DNA from: Octopus sinensis
Taxonomy: Eukaryota
Direction of reading: 5' to 3'
Length of the DNA stretch: 64,000 nucleotides
Assembly: GCF_006345805.1 (NCBI RefSeq)
Contig: NC_043005.1
Location: 57,908,001 to 57,972,000, forward strand
Below the pieces are notes generated by a model, which was not told the DNA's origin, made no database searches, and saw only the letters and a list, made by a program, of their open reading frames with translations. Each line of letters starts with the position of its first letter. Position 1 is the first letter of the stretch. Position numbers and translations under genes: made by a program. Positions 1 to 13,460 of this stretch are shown here, in pieces.

Positions 1-92
1 CATTCAAAGAGAGGATGTCTATTTAGAATGTGTAATTAATGTTTGTTCTTGGAATGTTGTTTGTTTTGTTTTCTTCCCGGGCCCTTTTCTTG

Positions 93-211
93 CTATTCTG
101 GTAATAAATCTTCGATTTCTTCATCAGCAAATTCATCCTCAACTTCCCGTCGTCGTGCCGCTGTCTTTGGTCGTTCTGCCTGTGGTCCGAGTGGATCTGA
201 GTACGTGGCAT
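93..211 (-). CDS. IFT88: IFT88 terminal coding exon, (D)ATYSDPLGPQAERPKTAARRREVEDEFADEEIEDLLPE*
   Basis: tttttccAG acceptor, TAG at 95-93; matches the IFT88 C-terminus Y.DPLGPQ.ERPKTAA......D.FADEE...LLPE; 3'UTR runs off the window. Confidence 0.96.
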
Positions 212-352
212 CTGGAAAAATAATAGTAGCAAACATTATGCTATATCATAAAATACAAATTTGGGGGAATACCAACATGGATGCCAAATGTTGACAATGA
301 TGATGGTGATGATGATACACATACACACACATATAGTTTGTCTCTGCATGCA

Positions 353-410
<58 letters not shown>

Positions 411-511
411 AGCTTAAAAGCCACCCGATAGGTCTCTTCATTGGGCCATGGGCCCAACAATGACATTTCATGCATTCAGTACATATTAAATTTTATTAAA
501 CTTGAACAACA

Positions 512-673
512 GGTGAAGGAGCGGCTGTGTGGTAAGTAGCTTGCCTACCAACCACATGGTTCCGGGTTCAGTCCCACTGCATGGCACCTTGGGCAAGTGT
601 CTTCTACTATAGCCTCGGGTCGACCAAAGCCTTGTGATGGATTTGGTAGATAGAAACTGAAAGAAGCCTGTCG

Positions 674-706
<33 letters not shown>

Positions 707-943
707 TATATATATGTGTGTGTGTGTGCGTGTATATGTTTGTGTGTCTGTGTCCCCCACCCCCAACATCGCTTTTCAACCAATGCTAGTGTGTTTACGT
801 CACCGTAACTTAGTGTTTCAGCAAAAGCGACTGATAGAATAAGTACTAGGCTTACAAAGAATAAGCCCTGGGGTCGATTTGCTCAACTAAAGGCGGTGCT
901 CCAGCATGACCACAGTCAAATGACTGAAACAAGTAAAAGAGTA
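512..943 (+). mobile_element. tRNA-derived SINE family A (CORE-like ccttgggcaagt body, internal TA/TG microsatellite, AAAAGAGT tail)
   Basis: Same ~430-bp sequence recurs many times in the window, in both orientations. Confidence 0.85.
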
Positions 944-994
944 ATATTTTTCAAGCAATGAACAATTTTCATCAAAACAATGATATAATTTGTC

Positions 995-1110
995 GACTTG
1001 GAACGTCTTCCCATTCGGTGTCAGTACAAATAGCTTGTTTCCATTCCCTACCTTTGAATAACCAACATACAGCTGGCTGTAGGCAACAATAAACTTGCCT
1101 TTTAAAAGTT
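995..1110 (-). mobile_element. Helitron Rep/helicase C-terminal remnant (SQLYVGYSKVGNGNKLFVLTPNGKT); element may extend to ~1850
   Basis: Resembles the PIF1-type Helitron C-terminal motif HGQLYV..SRVG....L....P.GKT. Confidence 0.5.
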
Positions 1111-1818
1111 CAACAATAATTCTTCTGCCGCCACTTAATTTAAAGATGATCTGATGTATGTACAACAATTATTTGCAGTAGCTGATACGTGTCTAAACTC
1201 CTGGTCATTACACCACTGTTGCTAAACAATATTTTAAAGTGATTTTTATGATTTGGAATTGCTCTAAGCATATTTGACCTTAAAAATGTTTGAGATTTAA
1301 TATTTTTTTGTATTTTTTTAGGTAATAATAAAATTAGTCAAATCTATTTTCATGCAGTTGGAGTGTGCTAAATCTCCATAGCTCCAATGGCACGAAAACA
1401 GGTCTGACAAATTTTATTAATATCTGAAAAAATACTAAGTTACCAACATATTTATAGTAGAGAGTTATGAGAAGTAATATTTTATGAGAGAATGAGTTCA
1501 ATATGCACTTCAGTTTCAAACATTATGAAGCACGTGTTGTGGTTAAATTGCTTGATACAGTTATAATATTTAGGGAAAGATTTTCTCAAAATGCTTATTT
1601 TGGAAATTACTTTTAGAAATAGTTATAATATTTAGGGAGCTATTTTTTTCAAAATATTAGGATTAAGAAAAAAATCCCCAAATGAAGAAAAATGAAGAGT
1701 CATTGAATAGTGAGAGAGGGGTAAAGCATGAGGAATAGTAGATGTGTCATTGAATAGTGAGACAGGGGGTCGGAGAAGTAAAGTTGAAAATGTGTAACAC
1801 ACTGACATTCGCTTTCAC

Positions 1819-1856
<38 letters not shown>

Positions 1857-2366
1857 CACACACACACACATACATATATACATACATATATACAAATGGA
1901 TACATACATTTGAGTATGGATGTATACATGTATATTGGACCACTTCCAAAGTAAAGTCACTCAACTGATAAACATTCAATCACAAAAAGACACAAACACT
2001 AGCCTTGATCCCTCAAATGAGCTGTCCCCTCTCTCTGTCTTTTCTACTGCTACTATAACAACCTCTGCTCCTTGGAGCTAGCTGGATTTATGCCTCTACA
2101 ACTCAAGTCCTGCATTAACCACTATGTCTATCAGTATGTCCAACCCTTCTGCACAGAACATCATCCCACTGGAATCTTCATCTTCTAGCACATCTCTTTC
2201 CTGCAGGTGTTGACTGGCAACTTTGTAATGTATGCAGTGATCCTTGCACCAGATCAACAAGGAAAGTACATGCATGCATACATATATACATACATACACA
2301 CACACACACATACATACATACACACACATACATACATATATACATGCATACATACGTACATACATA

Positions 2367-3111
2367 AGAGGTGGTATCAAAAAGTTCCTGGACTAGTTCT
2401 GAAGTGCACCAACAGATGGCAATACATGGTTGTGCTGCGCATAGTGAGAGCTAGCAGTGACCTTCATGAGGCAGTGTGCTGAGCAACATTGCTGTGTTTA
2501 CTTCACAAGTTGTGAAATTTGTGTTTATGTGATCACATGTATGTTGTAGGCTGCGATTTTGACAAGGACAGGAAGCTGCTACAGAAACATTGAGCATGCT
2601 TTGGCAATGGGAAGATGATGAACTATCTGGAAGACCTGCCATGAGCATCATCCATGGAAATAAGGTATTGTGCATTGAGAATTCAACCCCCAGGGCCAAA
2701 CCCTCAATTGAGAGTACTACTTTGATGTTTTGAAGTGTTTCAGGGTAGACATTCGACGAAAGAGGTTGGATCTGTAGAGCACGAAGAATTGGATTCTTCA
2801 CTGAGCTCTCCTCACTTGTGAGTTTCTCACCAAAAACATGATATCGCTTCCACACCTACAGAATTTAGCACCTACAGAATTCCATCTCTTCCCCAAGATA
2901 AAAATGCAGCTCAAAGGTCACTAATTTAACAATGTTGTTGAAATCCAGACCAAATCACAGAAAGTCCTCGACTCGCTTACAGAAAATGATTCCAAAAATG
3001 GCAGGAACACTGGGACCAGTGTATTGCTGTACAATGTAACTATTTTGAAGGAGATGGTGTTAAAACTCAGGTAAATAAGACATTTTGATACCACCTTTTG
3101 ATACCACCCCG
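2367..3111 (+). mobile_element. Internally deleted mariner-type DNA transposon
   Basis: TA flanks; TIRs agaggtggtatcaaaa / ttttgataccacccc; decayed transposase N-terminus (EDDE.SGRP-like) and C-terminus (HLFPKIKMQLKG...EIQ). Confidence 0.8.
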
Positions 3112-3967
3112 TACATACATACTTTCACACATAATTGCAGGTGCAGACAGACACAAAGGAGGTAAAAATGGGTAGTGCAGAACTTGTTTGTGGGGCAACA
3201 ATGAAAAAAAAAATGCAATAAATAAATAAAAAACAGCCTCTGTCATCATCTTAAACAGGTTCATTACAATCCAAGCACTTTTACTGCCATCACCCGTCAT
3301 CAGCAACCCTCCCCCACCACCATAATCACCACAATCACCACAACCAGAATTACCACCATCACATCATCACCTCCACCGATCACCTTCATCATAATCCAAG
3401 CACTTGCATAATCACCATCACAATTGCAATATCAATGCCAACATCATCATCCCCACCACCAACTTCACCAGTACCCTCATCTCATCATTATACACACACA
3501 CAGCTGACAAAAGAAGAGTACAAAAATAAATAAATAAATAAATAAATGGATAAATAAATACAATACAAATAGCGTTACAAGAAATATGTGGGAACGGGAT
3601 AATCCCTCATCTTTGCTAATCCTGTGAGTTATTTCCTGTATTGATGTCACCTCTAAGTAATAGATAGCCTGCAGTCATGTAAACGGGGACAGTGAGAAAG
3701 CAAATAAGTTGGGACACAGTTTATGTAGAGGAATGCCAATATTCATGTGTGTACTTGTGTGTACGTGTGTGTGCATGATTGTATATGCATACATACAAAT
3801 ATATATAGATATATAGACAGATAATACGTTTAAATATTTGTTGTGCAAGATTTTTTTATGTGAAGTTGTGTGTTGAAACAGATATTGTTATATTTCGGAA
3901 TGGTCATATTGCCAGTTTAGCCAATAAAAACACACGCACTATATATTTGGTGTTATTTTGCTTCAGA

Positions 3968-4290
3968 AGGCACGTGGCTCAGTGGTTAGAGCGTCGAGCT
4001 TATGATCGTGAGGTTGTGAGCTCGAATCCCGGACCGGGCTGCGTGTTGTGTTCTTGAGCAAGACACTTTATTTCACGTTGCTCCAGTTCACTCAGCTGTA
4101 GAAATGAGTTGCGACGTCACAGGTGCCAGGCTGTATCGGCCCCTTTGCCTTTCCCTTGGATAACACTGGTGGCATGGAGAGGGGAGGCCGGTATGCATGG
4201 GCGACTACTGGTCTTCCATAAAACAACCTTGCCCAGACTTGTGCCTCAGAGTGTAACTCTCTAGGTGCAAACCCATGGTCAGTGTCTGAC
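3968..4290 (+). mobile_element. tRNA-derived SINE family C (A/B-box head, gtgttcttgagcaagacactt body)
   Basis: tRNA-like head tggctcagtggttagagc...tcgaatccc; related pieces at ~11270-11480, 33545-33780(-), 34555-34800(-), 56780-57010, 57595-57830(-), 59115-59340(-). Confidence 0.75.
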
Positions 4291-5126
4291 CGAAGGGGGT
4301 CACCACCATTTTGCTTCAGTGTTATTTATTTTTTACATTAATCTTAATCTTATTTCGGCCAGAGTTCTTTCGTCACACTCCTGTGACCGCATCAGTGGTC
4401 CTTTGTTTTCTTCTTTCTTATTTGTGTCTCTCCTTACTAACCGTCAGCCATTTTGTATTTCTATTGCATGTCTTCATTTGCGCATGCTTATATCTCTAGG
4501 TGCGTCTATGTTTATTTAGTGTGTGTATGTGGGGGGATGCCTGTAATATTTGTATCTTCTGTTTATATATGTTCATGTAATTTGTATTTTGTTTTTGTTG
4601 TTTTTGTTTATTCTTTATTCTTATTTTGTTCATGTGTTTACATCCACTTATTATTATCATTACATATGCTTGTATGTATGTATGTAGACAGATAAATTAT
4701 ACATATATGTACATACACATATATGACATATTTATATATGTATACATAAACTGTTTATCTATGATCTAAGCTGTGGTATATATTATGAACATATTCATAA
4801 CCATCATCATCATCACCATCATTTAACGTCCTTTGTCCATGCTGGCATGGGTTGGATCGTTGATAGCATGCACACACATATGTATGTTGATATATATATA
4901 TATATGTCACCCTCACTAAAGATGGTATTATGAAAAAAGCCCCCAGTACATGTTTTAAGTAGTTAGCCCTGAGATGAGCATCCAGCTATAGAAACCATGA
5001 CATAGGAGATACAGGAGTACGACATTGTCTTTGGACCCAAGAGATCCTGTCAAGACATCTAACTCATGCTAGCATGAGACATTAAGAAATGATGATGATG
5101 AGGATGATATCTATCGATATATACAT

Positions 5127-5167
<41 letters not shown>

Positions 5168-5384
5168 AAATAACAAAGGCAGCTATATGCAACATAAAAC
5201 CCAAAAAGGAAAAATTTTATTCTAATTGCGACTGACAATGCAGGGTAGCACCTACATTGCTAGAAATAAGAGCTAAAAGCCCTTATGGCCACAGAAAGCA
5301 CAAGTCTATGCACTAACAGGGGAGATAACAGCCCCACAGCAAGCAAGATCACCACACTAGTCTAGTTTTGCTTCATATATAAAT

Positions 5385-5780
5385 ATATCTTTTATCTTCT
5401 AGTTGTTTCAGCCAATTGATTGTGGCCATGGTGGGATACTGCCCTGAAGAGGTTGAACTGATTGACTCCCAGAACTATTTTTTTTAAAACTTGGTACTTA
5501 TTCTTTTGGTCACTTTTGCTGAACTGCTAAGCTATGGGGACGTAAACACATTATACTGATTATCAAGAGGTGGTTGAGGAACAAATAAACACAAAGACAC
5601 ACAAGCATATATATATATATATATATGATGGGCCTCTTTCAGTTTCCATCTACCAATTCCACTCACAAGGCTTTGGTTGGCCCAAGGCTATAATAGAAGA
5701 CACTTGTCCAAGTTGCCAAGCAGTAGGACAGAACTTGTGACCATGTGAATGGGAAGCAAGTTTCTTAGCACACAGCCACA
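5385..5780 (-). mobile_element. SINE family A, degenerate copy
   Basis: Reverse complement similar to 512-943. Confidence 0.75.
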
Positions 5781-6639
5781 CACACACACGCACACAAACA
5801 CATCTATACATGCACACATATGCACACACTCATATATACATTATTTAAACTGAATTCCTTTCTAGTAAGTCAGGTAGGAGCTTTGGTGTTCTTTTAGATT
5901 GTTTTCACTGGGAGACTTCTGTCAAAGGCTGTTTATTCCATTGGCTAGATTCAAATGTTACATAAGTATGTCAGATTTTTTTTGCTTAGTTGGGAAGGAA
6001 CATTGTTTTTAAGGACTTTCAGAATTTTGCTGGGAGCCTATATCTTATTTTTTTTTTAATACTTATGTATATTTATCAGAAATGGCCATTTGCTGTTTTA
6101 GGAATTCTTCTCTTTTGTTCTTTGGGCATATTTCTTGTTTAATAAATTCCTTTGTTTGCAGGAAAACAAATGATATAAGTTACTGGTGCATGACCCATTG
6201 TTTAAAGCCAAATCAAAATACATATTAATTTTTAACTGTTATTATTTCTACAGACAGCATAATAAACAATAAGTGACAGACAGGAAGTTTTGATAATCAA
6301 ACAATGTCTATGTATACGATATTTTTAGTGAATTTAACATTTTCATAATTGTAATACTTGTGTGAGATGCTCTTTGCACACCTTTCTTGATGACAAACTG
6401 TTCAGTAATAAAACTGATTTTAAATTGGCTGTACAAAAATTATCATTTAAGTGGCTGCTGAAAGGAGGGAACGGAGGAATGGAGGAAACTGAAGTAGACA
6501 GTGCCAGCGAGTCATCCAGGTTACATACTTACCAACAAATGGTTGAAGGAAGCACGAGAGATTTGGGGAGGGGGAGGTGCAAACCAAACAAGAAGTTGTG
6601 TCACAGACAGGCAGACTTCACAAAAATTATAATAATCCT

Positions 6640-6850
6640 TTCTACTAAAGGCACAAGGCCTGAAATTTGTGGGGTGGGGTACTAGTCAATTACATTGACC
6701 CCCAGTGTTTCATTTGCACTTAATTTATCAACCCTGAAAAGATGAAAGGCAAAGTTGACCTCAGCAGAATTTGAGTTCAGAACGTGAAGATGGACGAAAT
6801 GCCGCTAGACATTTTGCCCGGCGTACTAACAATTCTGCCAGCTCGCCGCC
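6640..6850 (-). mobile_element. SINE family B (Meta-domain-like core gcctttcatcctttcggggtcgat...aagtaccag)
   Basis: Recurs at 11030-11260(+), 13790-13990(-), 34410-35440, 35920-36115(-), 36146-36370(+), 38352-38700, 52665-52860, 55930-56620, 57030-57180(-). Confidence 0.75.
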
Positions 6851-8101
6851 TTTTATATTAATGATTTCAATTTTTGGTTCCTTCAAAATATTTTCCACTT
6901 CCCTCTTTTAAATTTGCTGCATTCTAGATGTTGATTATCATTTTAAGCTGTTTACTCTAAGCTTGTCTTATTGCTCTCATTTCATTGGTCATGCATCCTG
7001 TTAGGGTCGTTAAGAAGTACTTTAGTGAGTAAGAATATAATTTCCTATATGTATATGTGTATATGCATGTGATATTTTACAAATATAGTTTGAACTGACT
7101 ATTCAGAGTTCAAGTCATCAAAGTGTTTGCTGCATGCATATGTATGTACAAAACAGACAGAAGAGCTTGGGGCAATCAAATCATCAAACCCATGCCAGTA
7201 GGAAAGACAGACATTAAATGATGATGATGATGATGATATACTTGTGTGTGTTATGTTCCTAGTAGTCTCTAGTGATACATCTACAGTGCTTGTTATCTAC
7301 CCTTAATTTTTTATGTGGGTGGGGTGAATAGGTGATTCTACAGTTCTGCTGGGATTGCTACCCTTGTGTTTTCCCTGCTCGTACTGTTATTGCTACATAA
7401 TTCGTTGTTACCATATGCAATTTAGACCAATTTTGAGGGTAAATTTCGATGTCTGCAACGTAATATGATCTTTTATCTTCTCATTAGCAAAGGTGTGCAT
7501 TGTTTTATTATATTGCTTTTTTTTTTCAGTGCAAAGGGGAAGATCCTGGAATAATTTCTATAAAGGGGTGGGTTACACAATTCCTTTTTATGTTTGTTTT
7601 TATGTTATTTTCCACGAAGTCTCTGTTATGTTATAGATTATACTAAGAAAATTTTCTTGTGTCTTTTGATGGATTCCAGGAAAAGAGATGCATGACTTTT
7701 TCCATTACATGATGAAGTAAAAATATTCTAATAACAAAATAAAATAAACAAAAAAAAATTAATAAAGTAAAAGATATATTAACAAAACAAAAGAAAAAGA
7801 AAACAGATTTATCACACAACTCCCCACCTCACCAGTGTATTGGCATTTTCTTACAATAAGTTTAAAATGCTGATCTCCACCTGCAGGTGACAACAGGTAG
7901 ACATTGACATTATTTTATATAGCATACCTAACAATAAACATAGATTAAGAAATAATGCTAAACAACAAGAAGGGGGAGGAAAAAGAAGAAAAAATAGCAA
8001 AGTATTTATTTTCTATTGTGTTCTCCTCAGCTTCTAAAGATTTGAGCCTTATCACCTGCAAGGTTGAAATGCTAGGTCCCTGACCATGTATATATATATA
8101 T

Positions 8102-8311
8102 AAATTATAACTTAGGATATCTATGAGATACCGCCATGCTGAAAATAGCAGCCAGGATCTGACTCTAAAACCACCTAATTTTTTACTAGTTTTATTTTGT
8201 CTTTTTGTCTTCTCTCCTTGTGCTATATGAACATTAAGGTGGTTTTAGAGTCAGATCCTGGCTGCTATTTTCAGCATGGCAGTATCTCGTAGATACCCTA
8301 AGTTATAATTT
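8102..8311. repeat. Near-perfect inverted repeat, 75-bp arms, ~60-nt spacer
   Basis: 8102-8176 vs reverse complement of 8237-8311: 3 mismatches by eye. Confidence 0.9.
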
Positions 8312-8400
8312 TAATAATAATTATTACCTTTGAAGGTTTTTATTTCCATGCTGGCCACTTGATAAGATTGTTATTTAATTTAAATTAATGATCTCATCCT

Positions 8401-8437
<37 letters not shown>

Positions 8438-8444
8438 GCATAGT

Positions 8445-8750
8445 TTTAGCTTATAAGATGAAACTAAGAGCCATAGAAAGTTACTTGCTAGGAATATCAT
8501 TAGAAGAACAAATTTGAAACAAGATAATTTGAAAATGGATGGAGTGAATGATGTGATTGCAGAGTACAGAAAGCACAAGTTCCACTGGGCTAGATATGTT
8601 ATAAGGTTCACAGATAACAGGTGGACCCATGCACTTGCTAAGTGATATCCAAAAGATCAGAAAAGGCCACCTGGACAGCTTCCACAATAATGGGAAGATG
8701 ACCTAGTTAAAGCAATTTGGGTCAAGATGGAAAAGAATGACACCATTGTG
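8445..8750 (+). mobile_element. Decayed non-LTR retrotransposon RT C-terminal fragment
   Basis: Translates with stops to RAIESYLLGISLEEQI...KFHWARYVIRFTDNRWT...YPKDQKRPPG...WEDDL. Confidence 0.65.
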
Positions 8751-9026
8751 ACAGCATTTGATGTTCTGGTCAATACTTTGATATGTGTGTGTGTGTGCAT
8801 GCATGTGTGAGTGTCTTTGAGTTTGTCCCTCCCATCACTGCTTGACAACCAGTATTGGTGTGTTTACATCCCTGCAACCTAGCGGTTCAGCAAAAGAGAC
8901 CGATAGAATAAATACTAGGCTTAAAAAAATAAGTCCTGGGGTCGATTTGTTCTGCTAAAACCCTCCAAGGCAGTGTTCCAGCATGGCCACAGTCAAATGA
9001 CTGAAACAAATAAACAATGAAAGATA

Positions 9027-9389
9027 TCTATTATATAAAATCCTTTCTGTCTGTCTGTCTGTGTGTCTTCTAGGATCTCGGGCATCCTCCATCCGATTAC
9101 GCTCAAATTTGATATGTAGATACCGACAGTATCAGGGTGTGTATAAGTTTTGAAAAAATTACAAAAATCGATTCCAGGTGAGAATGCAATCGATAAAGCC
9201 ATTTTTCTTAGGAATAGAAAAAAGTCTATCTTTATTTCTTCTTTAGCTGGTGTCTCAAATTTAGGTTAAATCAGTGTTTCTCAAAGGGGAGGCATATGGG
9301 ACGGTGGGACAAGTAGTTGTTTTGAGAAAATTTGGTTTAAATGTTTGACAACTCAGCACCGTCCATTGGACGGGGGTGCGTTTTGCTTG
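9027..9389 (+). mobile_element. Non-autonomous Helitron (363 bp)
   Basis: A|TC 5' end (TCTATTATATAAAA), (CTGT)n near the 5' end, subterminal hairpin GCACCGTCC-att-GGACGG(gg)GTGC, 3' CTTG|T (CTAG variant). Confidence 0.6.
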
Positions 9390-11904
9390 TATATATATGT
9401 GTGTGTGTGTATGTGTAGAAATAATTAAGATTCAGTTGAATTAGGTACTGAAGTTGAGGCATCAAGTCAGTCCGGTATGGTCTGCATTAGGTGAATAAAA
9501 AGCAAATATGTAACGGGGATATACCATTATAATTTTTTAGCAAAATTTCATCAGAACTAGAGACTAAAATAATTACATTGCTTCTCTTTACTATTTTTGT
9601 ATCTGGTATGTTGGAAATCTATATGTGGCTGTATGCACCCAGGGAGAGCAGTTTATTTCCAATTGATGTAATGTTTGCAATGATCGATTCAATGGAGCCA
9701 CTTGAAATGGCTGTAATGCACTGATTCCTGGACATCCTTGTTACTTATTTGCTTTATATATATATATATGTGTGTGTGTTTGTGTGTATGTGTGTATATG
9801 TACATACATATGCATGTATGTATCCACAAATCATACAAGACAATCAGCACTGTGTCACATATTTGCACTGTTTGTAATGCAAATTTCAAGCAGCTCTCGA
9901 GGCTTGAAAGCCACTTAGGTGCTCATGCACAGAAAAAAAAAACATATCTGACAAGAAAGATGAAGTGGTCAAACTCTGAATAGGAACATACTACCTCTAT
10001 GCATGCAAGTACATATGCATATATGTATATTGATCATAACCCCAAGTAATTTCTAATTGGCTGTGGAGCACTGTCAATGGATGGATGAATACCTTCTTCA
10101 GACATATTAAGACGTTCCATATGAGGTTCCTGCATTTCTAGTAACCATATCTAGATGTGAGTGTTGTGAGTGTACCTATGTGTGTGTGTGTGTGTGTGTA
10201 TGTGCATGCATATGAAGTGTGAAAGCTCATGCCCTAATGATTTGGGTGTTAGGTTCACAATCATAAGGTCATGGGTTCAATTCCTTGACAAGGTACTGTG
10301 CTGTGTCTTTCAGAAAGGCACTTTGTTTAGCATCGCTCCAATACACCTCACTGAAATGAGTACCAGCTGAGTATGAAATACTGGTGCAGTCCTCCTTCCA
10401 TCCAGCCATTATATCTTCAATGTTCCATTGGGTCTAGGGTGAAAGGGCTGAGGGAGTGTCTATTTCAGCAACCAAAAGAATAAGAATTTAAAACAATTTG
10501 TGAATGCAGGGCATGTCACCAAGTCATACTTGATTGCAAGTGATGGCTGTAGTTAGTTATACAGTGTGTGCATCCAGCTTCAACAACCACTCCAAAAATG
10601 AAAGAATGGATAGAAGAGACACAGGCTACTTGTCTGGGAAGGAAAGAATTCTAAACAGGAGCTGATACACAGTAAAAAGCACACTTTGATATAATTAAAG
10701 ACACTCTCTTTAGTGCATAATTCTAGGTGACATTTTTAGCATTTTTCATATAAATCTGCCAAGCCAACAGTTGGTTTTATGTTGCAAACTTTATATTTTA
10801 AAGTAGCATACATTAAAAGTCTCTCATTAAAATTTTATGTTGCATTATGTTCAAAACACCAGCTTAATAAAGGCTATTTTACCACATTCTTTATAATTTT
10901 CAGAGTTAATTGGAACAATGGCAGTGAATTACACACAATACACACACGTGGCTGCTGTTTTTAGCTTCGATCTACCAAATTCACTAATCCATACTGTGGA
11001 GGCATGAGGTTTAGTGGTTAGGATGTTGGGCGAGCTGGCAGAATCGTTAGCACGCCGGGCAAAATGCTTAGCGGTATTTCGTCTGCCGCCACGTTCTGAG
11101 TTCAAATTCTGCTGAGGTCAACTTTGCCTTTCATCATTTCGGGGTCGATTAAATAAGTACCAGTTACGCACTGGCGTTGATATAATCGACTTAATCCGTT
11201 TGTCTGTCCTTGTTTGTCCTCTCTGTGTTTAGCCCCTTGTGGATAGTAAAGAAATAGGTTACGATGTTGGGCTTATGCTTGCAAGATTGTGGTTTCGGTT
11301 CCTGGACCAGGCAACACATTGTGTTCTTGAGCAAAACACTTCATTTCATGTTGATCCAGTCCACTTACTTGGCAAAGATGAGTAACCCTGCGATGGACAG
11401 GCGACCCATCCAGGTAGGGAATTTATATGCCAAGAAAACTAGGAAACTGGCCCTTATGAGTCAGTATGACACAAGAAGGTAACTTTACTTTACCTTTTAC
11501 TAATCCATTCATAATGCCTTATTTGGAATTATAGAATACATTTGCCTAGCAGTGGGACTGAACCTGAAACCATGTGGTTAGGGGGCAAATGCTGTAACAA
11601 CACAGCCATAACTGCAATTAACTTCTTAATCACATCAACATAAGGACATGGTTTTCAATTATTTGATTGAGACCTGGTGAGATAAAAGCTAAGTCAACAT
11701 AAACCAGATTTGAACTTGGAATGTAAAGAGTTACAACTAAATGCCAAAAGTTACCAATATCAATGATAAAGTATTCTGTGAGTGGTGGGGCATATCAGTG
11801 AAAGGGACGAAATGTATGACATCTAATGTAACACTGCTTGATGGACGTATTGCTTACATACTTTTTCTTTGGGATTCAGACAATGTAAATCGAGGTACCT
11901 TCTG

Positions 11905-12540
11905 AACTACACAATGTTACACCACAGCACATCTGGTCATACAACACTACACCATACAACACCACAAACACTACACAACACTGCACAGCACACTACACCA
12001 CACAACAACACAACACCATACAAAAACACACAACATGTTGTATTTCACATCAACACACAGTACACAATACTGCAGAACAACATGCAGCATGTTATAGCAC
12101 ACAACACAAACACCATACAATGCACAATAACACAAACACCATACAACAACACACAACACAAACACCACAGAACAACACACAACATACTATACCACACAAC
12201 ACAAACACCACAGAACGATATACAACACATTATAGTGCACAACAACACAAGCACCATACAACACATAATAACACAAACACCATACAACAACACACAACAC
12301 AAACACCACAGAACAACATACTTTACATTATAGCGCACAACAATACAAGCACCATACAACACACAATAACACAAACACCATACAACAACATACAACACAA
12401 ACACCACAGAACAACATTCTGTCCACTACACCACAGAACAACACAGCACACTATAGCATACAACAACAACACAAACACCATACAATGCACAATAACACAA
12501 ACACCACATAACAACACAAATACTATGCAACAATACATCA
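11905..12540. repeat. A/C-rich degenerate minisatellite (acacaacacaaacacca-type units)
   Basis: Tandem variable units with almost no G on the + strand. Confidence 0.85.
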
Positions 12541-13425
12541 ATAGTTAAAAACCTAGCCCAAAAGTAGTGCCTCTTAAATTATCCCTGGACTTTCTAGGAA
12601 TAGAAATAAATGTCTATGATTACAGGTATGCTTGATCAGGGTTGACCAGAGGCTAAACACAAACAACTATTACAGCAACAGCAGGACCTAAAGCATGAGC
12701 CAGACAAAGAGCCTCTATGATGTCACAAGACTTGCCAGAAATAGCAGCTTAATCTGTCTTGAATCACACTACCTGTCATCTTATAATGAAAAGGAATTAC
12801 AAATTGGACAATGTGATCCTCCTAAATGAAACAGTCATGGCTGGAAAGCTCTTTGATGAATAGGTCTGATGGATTAACACTAGCCCGGGGCTAAAAGAAA
12901 CAACAAATGCTGCTGCTGCTACTGCTGGTAGTTCTGCATAGTGGAGGGAGGAGGAGGTAAAGAAGAAGAAGAAGAAGATTGTCAAGTATTTTCAAATATG
13001 AGGAGCTACCTCATGCAAGAAGATAGATAACAGAGAATAATAATAACAATAATAATAATAAAAATAATAATAATAACAATAACAAGATAAAAATATACAA
13101 AGAAATAAACAAAATAATCTTTTAATTTAATCTCTGCCCTTATAGTCTATACTTCATTTTTCCTTTTATAAAAAAAAGGGGGTGTAAAAAACTAACAACC
13201 TCTAAACAATAATAATTCTGTCTTTCTAATAGTTAATCCCTCCTTTAGAGCACGAAGAAGCCAGATTGGCTACATTTTTGGGGTTCTTTATTTAAAAAAA
13301 AAATTTTTTTTTTTTGTATCATGTACTCGGTAATTATCCTTATATCCTATACATAAGATAGTAAGTTTGCTGCAGCAACTAATAGAGGCCTGCTGGCAAA
13401 TATCCCACCTTCACCCACAACACAA

Positions 13426-13460
<35 letters not shown>

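Noticed and set aside
3970-4045. tRNA-like sequence
   Set aside because: A/B boxes continue straight into a SINE body; no acceptor stem closure; it is a SINE head
6530-6620. Possible extra exon with a strong GTAAGT donor in the last intron
   Set aside because: Weak acceptor, phase incompatible with flanking exons, and exons 14864 and 211 already join to give the conserved KEID
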